Below, in pieces: positions 24,855 to 37,553 of a stretch of DNA of 64,000 bases (position 1 is the first letter of the stretch; each line of letters begins with the position of its first letter). The translations under genes were made by a program, and so were the position numbers. This stretch comes from Octopus vulgaris (taxonomy: Eukaryota): assembly GCA_951406725.2 (NCBI GenBank), contig OX597815.1:28210001-28274000 (forward strand). Direction: 5' to 3'. The notes under the pieces were generated by a model. It did not search any database. It was not told the DNA's origin and worked only from the letters and a program-made list of their open reading frames with translations.

Positions 24855-25179
24855 GTAAAAACCCCCGTTCGTCATGAATGACCATGGGATTGCACCTAAA
24901 AAGTTCCCTTCTGAGGCTCAAGTCTGGGCAAGGTTGTTTATGGAAGACCAGCAGTCACCCATGCATACTATCCTCCCCTCTCCATGCCACCAAGGGAAAG
25001 GCAAAGGCTGATACAGCTTACACCAGTGATGTTGCAACTCATTTCTACAGCTGAGTGAACTGGAGCAATATGAAGTAGTGTCTTTCTCAAGAACACAACA
25101 CACAGCCCAGTTCAGGAATTGAACTCACTACTTCATGATTGTGAACCCGATGCTCTAACCAGTGGGCCATGTGCCTTCA
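24855..25179 (-). mobile_element. SINE family F
   Basis: Minus head GAAGGCACATGGCCCACTGGTTAGAGC...GAGTTCAATTCC. Possible TSD CATACATGGTA at 24839-24849 and 25188-25198. Confidence 0.85.
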
Positions 25180-25564
25180 TTGTATGACATACATGGTATG
25201 TCATACAATATGACTGTTGAGATGGGAGTTAATATCCTACTTAATTTCTATAGTGTTTTACTGATGGTACGGTGCATTTATCACAGTTCCAATACAGTAT
25301 GTCTTGGGTGGTTTCAGAGAAATGTTGCTGCAGTTTCTAGCAGATCAAGTGGTCATGTAAGGTCTTCTTCAAAACCATGAGTATTATTATGTATTATATC
25401 AGATTATTTTATTCATTTGCTTTGTAGTCGTCTTTTTTTTTTGTTTGAGTAAGGTGAAGATACAGCTTTGCAATCAAGTTACTCCAGGTTCAGTACCAGT
25501 GTGTCACCTTAGGCAAGTGTCTTCTACCATAGCCCACATGCTGGTTAATATCTGTCATATATGT

Positions 25565-25636
<72 letters not shown>

Positions 25637-25660
25637 GTGTAGTAAGATGCTGGCATAGTG

Positions 25661-25818
25661 AAGCACAGGTGTGACTGTATGGGTGAGAAGTTTGCTTCCC
25701 AACTGTGTGGCATCAGGTTCAGTTCCACTGCATGACATCTGGGGCAAGTGTCTTCTACTATAACTCACAGATCAACCAAATTTGGTAGATTTGGCAGATG
25801 GAAACTGAAAGAAGCCTG

Positions 25819-25854
<36 letters not shown>

Positions 25855-26117
25855 TTATGAGTGTGTGTGTAAGTATGTCCTTGTCCTGACATCAAGTGAT
25901 GATAATTGTAAATGAACATCACCACATCACACAAGCAATGTTGTTCATTTCCAATCTTCCATGGAAAAGCATGTCTGGTCATGGGAAATATTACTTTGTT
26001 TGGAAACAAGTGAGGTTTAGTGACAGGAAGAGCATCCAACTGTAGGAAATCCACCTCAACAAATTCCATTTGACCCATGCAAGCAAGGAAATGTGGCTGT
26101 TTAGAGATGATGATGAT
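25661..26117 (+). mobile_element. SINE family A head with RTE-type tail (A2)
   Basis: Family A head to GGAAACTGAAAGAAGCCTGTC and (TA)n, then a different body ending GACAGGAAGAGCATCCAACTGTAGGAAA...ACCCATGCAAGCA...(GAT)n. Confidence 0.8.
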
Positions 26118-26206
26118 ATGTGTATGTGTGTATGCACACACACACACACACACACTTCTGTGTGTGTGCTCCTTGACACTGCATGTGCAAAGTAATATTG
26201 AAAGAG

Positions 26207-26433
26207 ATTGCTGGTGGCACATAAAAAGCATCATTTGAGTGTGGCCATTGCCAGTACCACCTAACTGGCCCTCGTGCCAGTGGCAAGTAAAAGCACCCAC
26301 TACACTCTCGCAGTGGTTGGTGTTAGGAAGGGCATCCAGCTGTAGAAACTCTGCCAGATCAGATTGGAGTCTGGTGCAGCCATCTGGTTCGCCAGACCTC
26401 AGTGAAATCGTCCAATGATGATGATGATGATGA
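26207..26433 (+). mobile_element. 5'-truncated RTE LINE copy
   Basis: Two UTR units, GGAAGGGCATCCAGCTGTAGAAAC and a (GAT)n tail. Confidence 0.8.
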
Positions 26434-27132
26434 TTGTAAACTTAATAGCTCAGTTAACTTGGCAATGGCTCACCACCTTACTCACAATGTGGGGAAAGAC
26501 TCACTTCAATGAAAAAGTACTAGTAATAGTATTAGTGTTGTTAAGAAGTTTATTTCATAACTATGTGGTCCAACCCATGCCAATATGAATAATAAAAAAA
26601 CTGATGTTAAATGATGATGATAGAACAAATTTTAGACAAAAATATCAGAGTAATGAGTAGAAAAGAGTCACAAGTTCCTATGAATTAAAAGGAAATGAAT
26701 GAATTTTTTAAAAATGAGGTTGCAAAGGAGAGAGAGAGAGAGAGGGGGAGAGAAAGAGAGGGAGAGAGAGAAAGAGAGAGGGAGAGAAAATCAATAGTCT
26801 CAAAAGACATAATTTCATTTTGGCTATTTACAATCAATATGAGATGGCGAAAATAAAGCAAGCATATATATTGATATTAAAAACACAAAAACAAATCCAT
26901 GTCATTAAGTACAGATGTTGATTAAAAATTATCTAGTTGTATGACATTGACAGAGATACAAAGTGGAACATACCATTAGGTGAGAGTAAGATTGAATAAA
27001 GACGTCTTTCAAATGTGAAAATAAAATCAGACTTGTTTTGATAGGAATATATTATAGATAAAATTCGTTATTGCAAATTAAATTTTTCTCTTTTAAATAT
27101 AAAGTTAAAATCAGAACTACTTGTGTGAATGA

Positions 27133-27162
27133 ATAGACAGACAGATAGACAGACAGACAGAC

Positions 27163-27193
<31 letters not shown>

Positions 27194-27202
27194 TAGATAG
27201 AC

Positions 27203-27254
<52 letters not shown>

Positions 27255-27302
27255 TGACAGTCAGACAGACAGACAGACAGATAGATAGATAGACAGACAG
27301 AC

Positions 27303-27349
<47 letters not shown>

Positions 27350-27371
27350 CAGATAGATAGATAGACAGAGG

Positions 27372-27463
<92 letters not shown>

Positions 27464-27477
27464 CATACATACATACA
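27133..27477 (+). repeat. (GATA)n/(GACA)n tetranucleotide microsatellite
   Basis: About 345 bp of AGAT and AGAC units, directly visible. Confidence 0.98.
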
Positions 27478-27973
27478 TTTTCTCTCGCCTATTGATATTT
27501 TTTTCTCTTCTATTTATTTTATATTCTTTCAAAATTTCTCCCTGGTGTTACCCATTACTATTTGGCCCTTAATGTTTGTGTTTTGTCGGTTGTTTACTCT
27601 GTATGTTCACTCTGGTGTTGTTTGTTCGTTCGAAGTCCTAACTCTTCATAAATTTTATATTTAAAAAATATCTGGATGCTGCTGTCTTATGAAGTTTTCC
27701 TGTCTTGTCATTTGAAAGCTTGAATCAGGTAGTAATAAACAGGTATTTTGTCCTGTACTCATCTCTGTGTGTTTACGTATTTTTCACTCATTGGTGATAT
27801 CCTGTACTCAATGTGTACCTTTTTCTATTTTTTGTGTATTCTTCCTGTACTTATCTCTCATGTGTTTACATATTTTTCACTCACTGATGATGCCCTGTAC
27901 TTAATGTGTATTTTTAATTAATTATATATATATATATAAATCAGAGTCCCTGTTTTGTTTTTAGTTTACTTGT

Positions 27974-28517
27974 ACATTGAGCCTCACAGAGGCTATGATG
28001 AAAGACCGAGATCTCTGGAGATATGCTGTGACTTCGAAGACCCGACAAATGAAGTGAGTCCATGGCTCGCAGGACGGCCTGCTGTGCTAACCTTGGATAG
28101 TAGAGTGACTCGCTGATCTTGAAGAGACCTATTGAGTCAAATACGTTAACACCAACATCAAAATGAAAATCAAATGGAAATTGTAGTTAAGATACTCGTG
28201 CCAGTGACATGTTAAAAACACCATCCGAATGTGGCATTTGCCAGCGCTGCCTGACTGGCATCCATGTTGGTGACATGTAAAAGCACCAACTGATCGTGGC
28301 CATTTTCCAGCCTTATTTGGCCCCTGTGCTAGTGGCACGTAAAAAGCACCCACTACACTCACGGAGTGGTTGATGTTAGGAAGGACATCCAGCTGTAGAA
28401 ACACTGCCAGATCAGACTGGAGCTTGGTGCAGCCTCCTGGCTTCCCAGACCCCAGTCAAACTGTCCAGCCCATGCTAGCATGGAAAACGGACGTTAAACG
28501 ATGATGATGATAATGAT
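27974..28517 (+). mobile_element. RTE LINE 3' end: ORF C-terminus, complete 3' UTR and (GAT)n tail
   Basis: 27974-28057 translates TLSLTEAMMKDRDLWRYAVTSKTRQMK*, followed by three UTR units and the family tail. Confidence 0.85.
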
Positions 28518-28817
28518 ATATATATATATTCACACACACAAATACAAATTACTTGGTAACTACACTAGTGCCAGTGGCATAATGAAAAAGTGCTCATTAT
28601 ACTCTGTAAGGTGATTGGCATTAGGAAAGGCATCCAGCTGCGAAAATCATACCAAATCTGATACAGGAGCTCAATGCAGCCTTGCAGCTGACTGCATCCT
28701 GTCCAACTCATGCCAGCAAGAAAATTGGACATTAAAGGAACTATGTGGTTGGGAGGCAAGCTTGTTACCACACAGACACACCTGCACCTGTTATCATCAT
28801 CATTATTATTATTATTA

Positions 28818-29203
28818 GTGGAGGCGCAATAGCCCAGTGGTTAGGGCAGCAAACTCGCGGTCGTAGGATCACGGTTTCGATTCCCAGACCGGGCGTTGTG
28901 AGTGTTTATTGAGCGAAAACACCTAAAGCTCCACGAGGCTCCGGCAGGGATGGTGGTGATCCCTGCTGTACTCTTTCACCACAACTTTCTCTCACTCTTA
29001 CTTCCTGTTTCTGTTGTACCTGTATTTCAAAGGGGCCGGCCTTGTCACTCTCTGCGTCACGCTGAATATCCCCGAGAACTACATTAAGGGTACACGTGTC
29101 TGTGGAGTGCTCAGCCACTTACACGTTAATTTCACGAGCAGGCTGTTCCGTTGATTGGATCAACCAGAACCCTCGTCGTCGTAACCGACGGAGTGCTTCC
29201 ATC
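28818..29203 (+). mobile_element. Full-length SINE family D
   Basis: Reverse complement of 20528-20913 with few differences. B box GGTTTCGATTCC. Flanked on both sides by CATTATTATTATTA-type sequence. Confidence 0.92.
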
Positions 29204-29601
29204 CATTATTATTATTAACATTATTTAGCTGGAGGATGGGCAGCATCTGTGGTATTTGCAGATCTTCCTAGATTGAAATCAATGTATTTGATGTGCAGTT
29301 TGAACATTTGCAAGCTTATATATGTAACAGAAACATGAGTAGTATCTGAAAGAGCAGCATATTTCTCAGGAGGAATAGTGAGCAAGGAGTTTAGTGCAAG
29401 ATCTAGATGTTATGTGGGTGAGACAGATATATTAGGGAAGATGGACGGAGAAGTTGCTGCCGTTGCTGATATTGTTTTTATTACCCCTAGGTCAACCTGG
29501 ATCAAGAAGATCTAAGATTAAAGACGTCCTCTCATGATCAATTGATCCTTTTCTTTAAGATGTGTTGTATCTAACATGCTTCAATAAGATGGTACAGTTA
29601 A

Positions 29602-29801
29602 CCCTTTAGCATTCAGATTACTCTTGAAATGTAATGCTTATTTATTCACATTGTCTTTTGTTAATCAGATATTTCAAAGATGTGATTATTTATTTTTAGA
29701 ATGACATTGCAGGGTAGGTGTGAAAGGCTGGATCTGGCCTGTTTGAACATAAAACCAGTAGCATATTTGGGTTGGATATGACCAGTTTAAATGCTAACGG
29801 T
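29602..29801 (-). mobile_element. piggyBac-type MITE (family 2)
   Basis: TTAA-CCCTTTAGCATT...AATGCTAACGGT-TTAA. Reverse orientation relative to 61481-61691. Confidence 0.8.
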
Positions 29802-31506
29802 TTAAAGGAAGTTTGGCTACTATTTCTTGCAGGTCAAAGTACAGACTCCTTTGTTGGCTTGTGTAGGAGGGGTTTGTGTGCCCCGCATGGGCCTAAATGA
29901 AGTGAATACAGCTTGGTAGATCAAGGGAGTGGAAGTCATTCATAGTAGCAGCTGAAGTGGCAAAGAGGAGAAATGATGTGGCTGTGAGCCAGTGATTGAG
30001 CACATGCTGGTGAATGAGTCTTTCCTAGTACTGTGATTCTTTGCTAAATTAGATGTGTTACTTAGTTTACAATCACTTTTGTGCCTCCTGTGTATATGCA
30101 TCCTCCCAACCAATATAAAACATACACAGCTCATTGTATGAAAAACGTGCATGAACACAGACACACCACACACATACACACACATAAAGGATATCAATCC
30201 CACATGAGCAGCATATAAACAAACATAAGCACACACACACAAACACACACACATATTTATAGAGATATCAACCACATATGGCTACTCTTCTATATGTTTT
30301 GCAATTCTTCACTGTGCAGATGATATTTGAATGAATTCCAGAGTCAATATTTCTGTCTCTTTTTTTCAACACACATTCTCTCAAATACACATATATAAAT
30401 ATATATATATATATATATATCATCATTTTTTAATGTCTATCTTACGCACCCACACACATTGAGATAGATGCACATATCACAAAATATACATATAATGTTT
30501 ATGTATGTGATCTACCGATCAATGCATAGTGTCAAGACTAGAAAATGTTACTTAGAAAAAAAAGAAGAAAATATTAAAAAGATGACATATTTGCATCAGC
30601 CTTTTGGCAAGAGTCTTTTTATTCAGCTTACCTGCCATCCAAATAAGTCAAATTGATATTATCAACTTGTAGCATGCTATAGCTAGTTTTAGCAATTTTG
30701 CATTTACCTTCAAGTGCTGTTATAGAAAATGAGTGGCCTCTCCGCAGTTCAATAGCAACTTGTTTGGTTTAGTTAAAGTGAAAAGGTGAAGACTGTGAGC
30801 CAATTTATGCATAGAAAATGTAATGGTCCCTAAAGTAACAACTATCAGTTATCGATGATGATGATAGCAAAGTCTAGCTGAATAACAGGGGGCAATATTT
30901 TATATTAGTTTTTTTTTTTTGTATGGAAGGTAATTTTTCTCTAAGGGGCAATAGGAGTAAGGACAAAAGTTAATATTTATTTTTTAATTTTTTATTGTCT
31001 CTTTTGATTCAAGTGTTTTTGTTCCAATTTTTTTCAAACCTATGAAGGAGTGAAACATAGTCTCTTATATCTAGAACCGTTTCTTCCTCTCCTCCTTCTT
31101 TTCTACACTTACCAGGGTCAGATAAAATTTGTTGAAGTAGGCTTTCTACAGCCTGTCACTATCCCTCACTTATTTCCAAGCAAGGTAGTATTTTCCCAAA
31201 CTCATCATATCTTCATCATATCTCGCTCTCTTTCTCTCCCTCTGTACCCAGTAGTAACAAAGAATGGCAAAGAAGAAAGTGAAGAAAAAATGTTGAAGGC
31301 CATTTGAATGTTTTTAAAAAAAGAAACACTTGATTGTGTTTAAGTTGTCATGCCACAGGCAGGAGAACTGTATTATATAAGGATTTTATCGCATGATGTT
31401 CAAAATAGAATTTTTTCCTTTCCTGCCATGCATCAACATTTTCAACATGGAGTGGTTGTCACCCAGTGGGTCACAGCAGGTACATCTAGTGTTTTATTCA
31501 TATATA

Positions 31507-31698
31507 GGGAGAGTTTACGGAAAAAAAAAAACAAAAGATGAAGACAGGTGGTGTACAAAACAAACAGATGTATTAGTATAACACTCAGGAATAGAAAAAG
31601 TCTTTTACATTTCGAGCCTACGCTCTTCTACAGAAAGGGACACAGAAAAAAACAAAGAGAGAAAAAAATGTGTGTAGTGGCTAACGATCTATCATGGC
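31507..31698 (-). mobile_element. Family E hammerhead-bearing repeat
   Basis: Near-identical to 14450-14634. Hammerhead-like fold at 31602-31637 (-). (TA)n flanks. Confidence 0.8.
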
Positions 31699-31704
31699 AT
31701 TTTA

Positions 31705-31772
<68 letters not shown>

Positions 31773-32461
31773 TACACATACACACACACATTATGTGATG
31801 GTTTTAATGACCATCATCGTCATACATGTGATATTAATTTCCAGTCTTCCATAGAAAACATATCTGGCCATCAGAAATATTATCATGTTTGGAAACAGGT
31901 GAGAATTGGTGACAGGAACGGTATTCAGCCATAGAAAATCTACCTCAACAAATTCCATCTAAGCTATGCAAGCATAAAAAAGTAAATGCTTAGATGATGA
32001 TGATGATGTTGATGATGATGAGGATGATGATAGATGGAGCTTTGATTGCTAATTCTAACAGGTAAAGTCACTGTAATGATGGTCTTTTGTTGGTTCATGA
32101 GTAGAACAGGGTTTGTTTGCAGAGTGGCTCATTTCTAGACTTAGCACCAATCTGTATTCCAGAGAGTTCCTAAAAGCCTTTATATCAAAACATTTGAACT
32201 ATCAAAATATGTTAAAGTATTAAATTGGTTCAATACATTTCCACCAGGTTCACTTTCTACTGGTTCTTATGCTTACCAACAGGTGTCACCTAATACCTTT
32301 AGTATCTGAAACTGTTACTAATCAGTATCAGATCTGGTACTCTTACCTTAATGCAAAATGAACTGTACCACAAGCCACAAGGCTAGTTGTAAATTCATCA
32401 AAATATTAAGTCTTTAATGAATAATGCTGCAGGTAAAAATCGATTTTTTAAATGAATATTC

Positions 32462-32730
32462 TTTTATTCTTTTACTTGTTTCAGTCATTTGACTGCAGCC
32501 ATGCTGGAGCACTGCCTTTAGTCGAACAAATTGACCCCAGGACTTATTCTTTGTATGCCCAGTACTTATTCTATCAGTCTTTTTTGCCAAACCACTAAGT
32601 TACAGGGACGTAAACACACCAGTGATGGTGTGTGTGTGTGTGTGTGGGGGGGTGAAACAGACAAACAAACATACACACACGACAGGCTTCTTTCAGTTTC
32701 CGTCTACCAAATCCACTCACAAGGCTTTGG
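32462..32730 (-). mobile_element. SINE family A (CR1-type tail), 5'-truncated
   Basis: CTTTTACTTGTTTCAGTCATTTGACTGCAGCCATGCTGGAGCAC tail through CCACTCACAAGGC. Confidence 0.8.
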
Positions 32731-32815
32731 TATATTTTAAAAATTAAAATGGCAATGAGATTAATATACCATACTGATCTTGATTGTCACTTATTGAAAT
32801 AACTGAGAAAGGTGG

Positions 32816-33068
32816 TCATCATCATCATCATCATCATTTAACGTCCGCTTTCCATGCTAGCATGGGTTGGACGATTTGACTGAGATCTGGTGAACCAGAT
32901 GGCTGCACCAGACTCCAATCTGATCTGGCAGAGTTTCTACGGCTGGATGCCCTTCGTAACACCAACCACTCCAAGACTGTAGTGGGTGCTTTTACGTGCC
33001 ACCAGCACCGAGGGCCAGTTAGGTGGTACTGGCAACAGACTGGCCCTCGTGCTGGTGGCACGTAAAAG
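32816..33068 (-). mobile_element. 5'-truncated RTE copy with an inverted UTR unit at the 5' junction
   Basis: Family tail present. 32989-33019 and 33039-33068 are reverse complements. Confidence 0.85.
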
Positions 33069-33326
33069 AGCTGATAAAATCATTAGTATGCTAGACGAAA
33101 TTCTTAGTGTTATTTTTGGAGGCTTATTACTTTCTGAATTTAAATCTTGCAGCAGTCAATTTTGTCTTTCATCCTTACAGGGTTGATGAAGTAAATACCA
33201 GTTATGTACTGAGGTTAATGTGATTGACTTATCCCTCCTTTAAAATTGCTGGACCTGTGTGAAAACTTGAAACCGTTGAGATAATTGAGAGCATCCTAAT
33301 GAGAGGAGAAGAGGAGATTAAAAAAC

Positions 33327-33393
<67 letters not shown>

Positions 33394-34220
33394 ACTGTCT
33401 AGGAACAAATTTGTAATCTTGCCAGATTCTGTTAGGTTTTTAACTGAAAGTATTCTTGATTTCGAGAGATGTTTTAGCAATATTATTTGGAAACTTATTT
33501 CAGAGATTAAAACTTAAAACTGAATTAGGTTATAGAAACAAAAACTCAAACCAAATGAAAACACATGAAAATATATAAAAAAAAAAATTACTTTAATGAA
33601 ACAGTTTTATTTATATAATAAATAGCCTATTGTTTTGGTGAAGTTAAATTGACATAAAAGATGAAAAAATATATGCATTAATGCAACATTGAAGTTGTAA
33701 GTAGTTGGGATTTAAAGAAATCCACTCCACAAGCTAGTTTTGATTTACCTTACATATTCAGTGCCCTATTAAAAGGTATGACTCCCAACTTCTTCCTCTT
33801 ATCTCCATTTTAATGATGATCTAGTCAGAGGAAGACAGGTAAAATAGCAGACTCTATTAAAGGCACTCAAAAGCCAAACAATAGTGTTAGGACTAGGCAA
33901 TGGATTATGTATACTAACCAAAAGACAGAAATAGTCCCTTCAGTGACCTTCACTATAATTTTACTTACAAAGCATTGGTTGGATTGATACTATGGTAGAA
34001 AGCACTTGGTTATGGTGCAATAGAAAATTAAAAAGATCTTAGAATTTCATGTTTCCACAAAAACCACTACTTAATAGAAGCAGTAGAATGGTAGTCAGAC
34101 ATATCTTGCTGTAATTAGTCATGCCTTTTGAGTCTACATGCAAATCCTATAGGGGTCAAAATTGCCATTTGTTCTTTTGGGGTCAATAATATAGTAGAGT
34201 CAATATAAGCAAGCATACGT

Positions 34221-34365
34221 TGTGGTGTTAGGAAGGGCATCCAGCTGTAGAAACACTGCCAGATCAGACTGGGCCTGGTGCAGCCTTCTGGCTTCCCAGA
34301 CCCCAGTTGAACCATCCAACCCATGCCAGCATGGAAAACGGACGTTAAACGATGATGATGATGAT
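34221..34365 (+). mobile_element. Short RTE 3' end
   Basis: GTTAGGAAGGGCATCCAGCTGTAGAAAC...GGACGTTAAACGATGATGATG. Confidence 0.8.
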
Positions 34366-35189
34366 ACATGTGTGGCTGTTCTTAGAGAAACATTACTCGC
34401 TCTCTCCCCTCCACCAGGTTCCACACAAATCCCTATGACCAGTTTTTCATTCCTTAATCTCACCAGTCTTGGAGGGCCTGTAAAAACCATGGACACTGCT
34501 CCTTCCTCCAGATGCAACAAATTTAAAAAAAAAAAATAACGTGGGTGGTAAAAGCTCAATGAACAGAGTTCACTACATTTGGAAGAGATCAATAATTCGA
34601 TGAGATTCTCAACAGCTGTCTCAAACAGGTCATATTTCACAGATACTGTTTTATAGGAGTGTTTTATAAGCTATAGTAGGTTTGTGGTCAATGTATGGTG
34701 GTTTACTGAGGGGCTAATATTATCGTCTCAAAATTACATGTAATACAAATTTTGTATGAAGATTTTAAGCTGTTTACTAAACATGGAATGATAATATCTA
34801 AGTATAGAATATAACCTGTCAACTATAGAAAAATAAGACATATCACACTTTTTCTATTAGATGTTAAGCACAGATGGCTGATTTCTATCAGAGATAAGTA
34901 TGAATAATTACAATGACAAATCCACTAGCAATAATGTGAAGGAAAAATAAAAGCTGATGATGATAATGGTTGAGAGAACATGAATGATGATGATTATGAT
35001 GATGATGACAATAATGGTGAAAATGATGATGATGATGGTGATGATGATGATGATGGTAGTGGTGATGGTAGTGATAAAATTGATAGGAGTGACATTGATA
35101 ATATTATGATTTTAATATTTTGGATTATCAGCCTTAATTCTAGAGCTGAAAAATTATTTAATATGGATGCAGGCATGACAGTGTGGTTA

Positions 35190-35418
35190 AGAGATACACT
35201 TCATGTTCTGCAAACAACTTGCACATGCAAGTACTACCAGTCAAAAGCTCCACATGCCGGAAGCCAGCAAATGTATGGGGTCATCAGGAGAGAATGTGTG
35301 CTGTTTCGGGGCCATCTCTCAACAGCATCAACGTGCACCAGCCCCACCTCACTGATATGAGGCCCCACTTGCTAGATCAACTGGTTATTAAATAAAGCTC
35401 AATGTTCTTCTAGCCATC
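35190..35418 (-). mobile_element. Hero-like LINE 3' UTR, second diverged copy
   Basis: Colinear with 7538-7750 (GCAAACAACTTGCACATGCAAG...GGGGTCATCAGGAGAGAATG...CACTGATATGAGGCCCC...CTTCTAGCCATC). Confidence 0.85.
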
Positions 35419-35703
35419 ATATGATTGTAGGCTTGATCTTGCTACAAATTGCTTTTGGCAAGTGTCTTCTGGTGTAAGATTGGTCAATAACTTCTGAGTA
35501 AAATTTGGTGAACAGAAACTTGTATAGGTTGGTTACTAAGTGAGTATCAATCCTGATGAAGCTTTTGCAATGAGTAGGGTGAGTTTTAGTTACAGTAAAA
35601 TGCACTTGGGCTGTAAGAATCAACATTGGCTGTCATAGAGCTGTTTATGGAGCTGCTAACCAGTGTGTGTCTGTTTGTGTGTGTGTGTGTGTGTGCGAGC
35701 ATG

Positions 35704-35746
<43 letters not shown>

Positions 35747-35748
<2 letters not shown>

Positions 35749-36310
35749 TCATCATCATCATCATTTAACGTCCGCTTTCCATGCTAGCATGGGTTAGACG
35801 ATTTGATTGAGGTCTGGCGAACCTGACTCAAATCTGATCTGGCAGAGTTTCTACAGCTGGATGCCCTTCCTAACACCAACCACCCCGAGAGTGTAGTGGG
35901 TACTTTTATGTGCCACCGGCATGAGGGCCAGTTTGATGGTACTGGCAATGGCCATGCCCGAATGGTGCTTTTTATGTGCCACCTGCACAGGAGCCAGTCC
36001 AGTGGCACTGGCGACGACCTCGCTCGAATGTTTCATGTGCCACTAGCACAAGTGCTAGTAAGGCGATGCAGGTAACGATCATGCTCGAATGGTGTGTTTA
36101 ACGTGCCATCAGCACGAAGGCCAGCTTGTTGCTCTAGCAATGATCTTACTCGTATGGTACTCTTAGTGCTCCACTAGCAATGGGTGCCAGTCACCGAGTT
36201 TGGTTTTGACTTCGATTTCACTTGCCTCAACTGGTCTTCGCAAGCAGAGTTTAGTGTCCAATGAAGAAAGGCATGCATAAGTGGACTGGTTACACCCCTA
36301 GCATAGGCCC
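35747..36310 (-). mobile_element. RTE LINE long 3' UTR copy
   Basis: Tail, about five tandem units and a proximal UTR shared with 6413-6766. Confidence 0.85.
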
Positions 36311-36759
36311 AGGATATATATATATACCCATGCTAGCATAGAAAATGGACGGTAAACGATGATGATGATATATATATATTTATATATATAGCCTCAGGTT
36401 GACCAATATCTTGTGAGTGACCCTGGAGGACAGAAACTGTGTGGAAGCCCATCACATATTGTCATCCTCCTCATCATCATCGTTGTTGTGTAATGTCTAT
36501 TCTCTCTGTTTGTATGGACTAGAAGGGTTGGTAAGAGGTGGCAAGCCAGAGGACTATGCCAGTTTCTATTGTTTTGACATGTTTCTATTGCTGGATACCC
36601 TTCCTAATACTAACCTCTTTACAGACTATACTGGGTGCATTTTTTGTAGCTTGCAAAACAAGACAAAGTCTCCTTGACTGGAGGGGGAGGGAGTGGTATT
36701 GAAGGCGGTGGCTTTGTGCCAGTTGATGAGAGATTAAAAGAATAATGGTAGGGGCAAGT

Positions 36760-37022
36760 GGAACCCAGACTCAACTGGTACTTATTTTATTGACAAGGAA
36801 AGGATGAAAGGCAAAGTTGACCTTGATGGAATTTCAACTCAGAACAATAAAAATGGATGAAACGCCACCAAGCATTTTGTCTGGCATGCTAATGATTTTG
36901 CCTGCTTTCCACCTTAATAATAATAATAATAATAATAACAAATCACAGCACATACCCAAGGCACACAGAGCTGCACTCGGTAGTGAAGTGAAAGCACGTT
37001 ATAAAAATAAAACTACTGAATG

Positions 37023-37056
<34 letters not shown>

Positions 37057-37475
37057 TAATAATAATAATGGTTTTAAATTTTGGCACAAGGCCAGAAAGT
37101 TTGGAGGAAGGAATCAGTCAATTACATCAACCCCAGTGCTCAACTGGTACTTATTTTATTGAACCCAAAAGGATGAAAGACAAAGTCAATCTCTGCAACT
37201 TGAACTCAAAACATATAAAGTCTGACAAAATGTTCAGCAGCATTTTGTCTGGCATGCAAGCGATTCTGCCAGCTTGTCACTTTAACGGGCCAGTAGGGGA
37301 AAGGGAAGTTGCTTACAATGACCCCAGTACTTGACTGGTACATATTTTATTAACCTTGAAAGGATGATAGGCAATGATGACCTCAGCGGAATTTGAACTC
37401 AGAATATACAAACATGAAATGCTAGTAAGCAATTTTTCTGGCATGCTAATGATTCTGCCAGCCTGCTATCTTTAT
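36760..37475 (-). mobile_element. Cluster of three same-orientation Meta-like SINE (family B) copies
   Basis: ACTGGTAC.TATTTTATT....AAAGGATGA.AG.CAA recurs near 36773, 37143 and 37334, with (TAA)n tracts nearby. Confidence 0.75.
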
Positions 37476-37508
37476 AATAAATAATAATAATAATATATAC
37501 ATACACAT

Positions 37509-37553
<45 letters not shown>

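Noticed and set aside
25758-26300. Longest ORF in the track (180 aa)
   Set aside because: Antisense read-through of an RTE UTR, microsatellites and a SINE A2.
27052-27532. Long ORFs of 140-154 aa (YLSI repeats)
   Set aside because: Stop-free reading of the (GATA)n microsatellite. The YIYI, HTHT, ERER and DDDD ORFs elsewhere have the same cause.
28818-28895. tRNA gene
   Set aside because: Has A and B boxes and a D-arm, but the anticodon and acceptor stems do not pair well and it continues into a SINE body.
34200-34640. 146-aa ORF as a host exon
   Set aside because: The last third reads through an RTE tail, it crosses a poly-T run, and no domain is recognisable.
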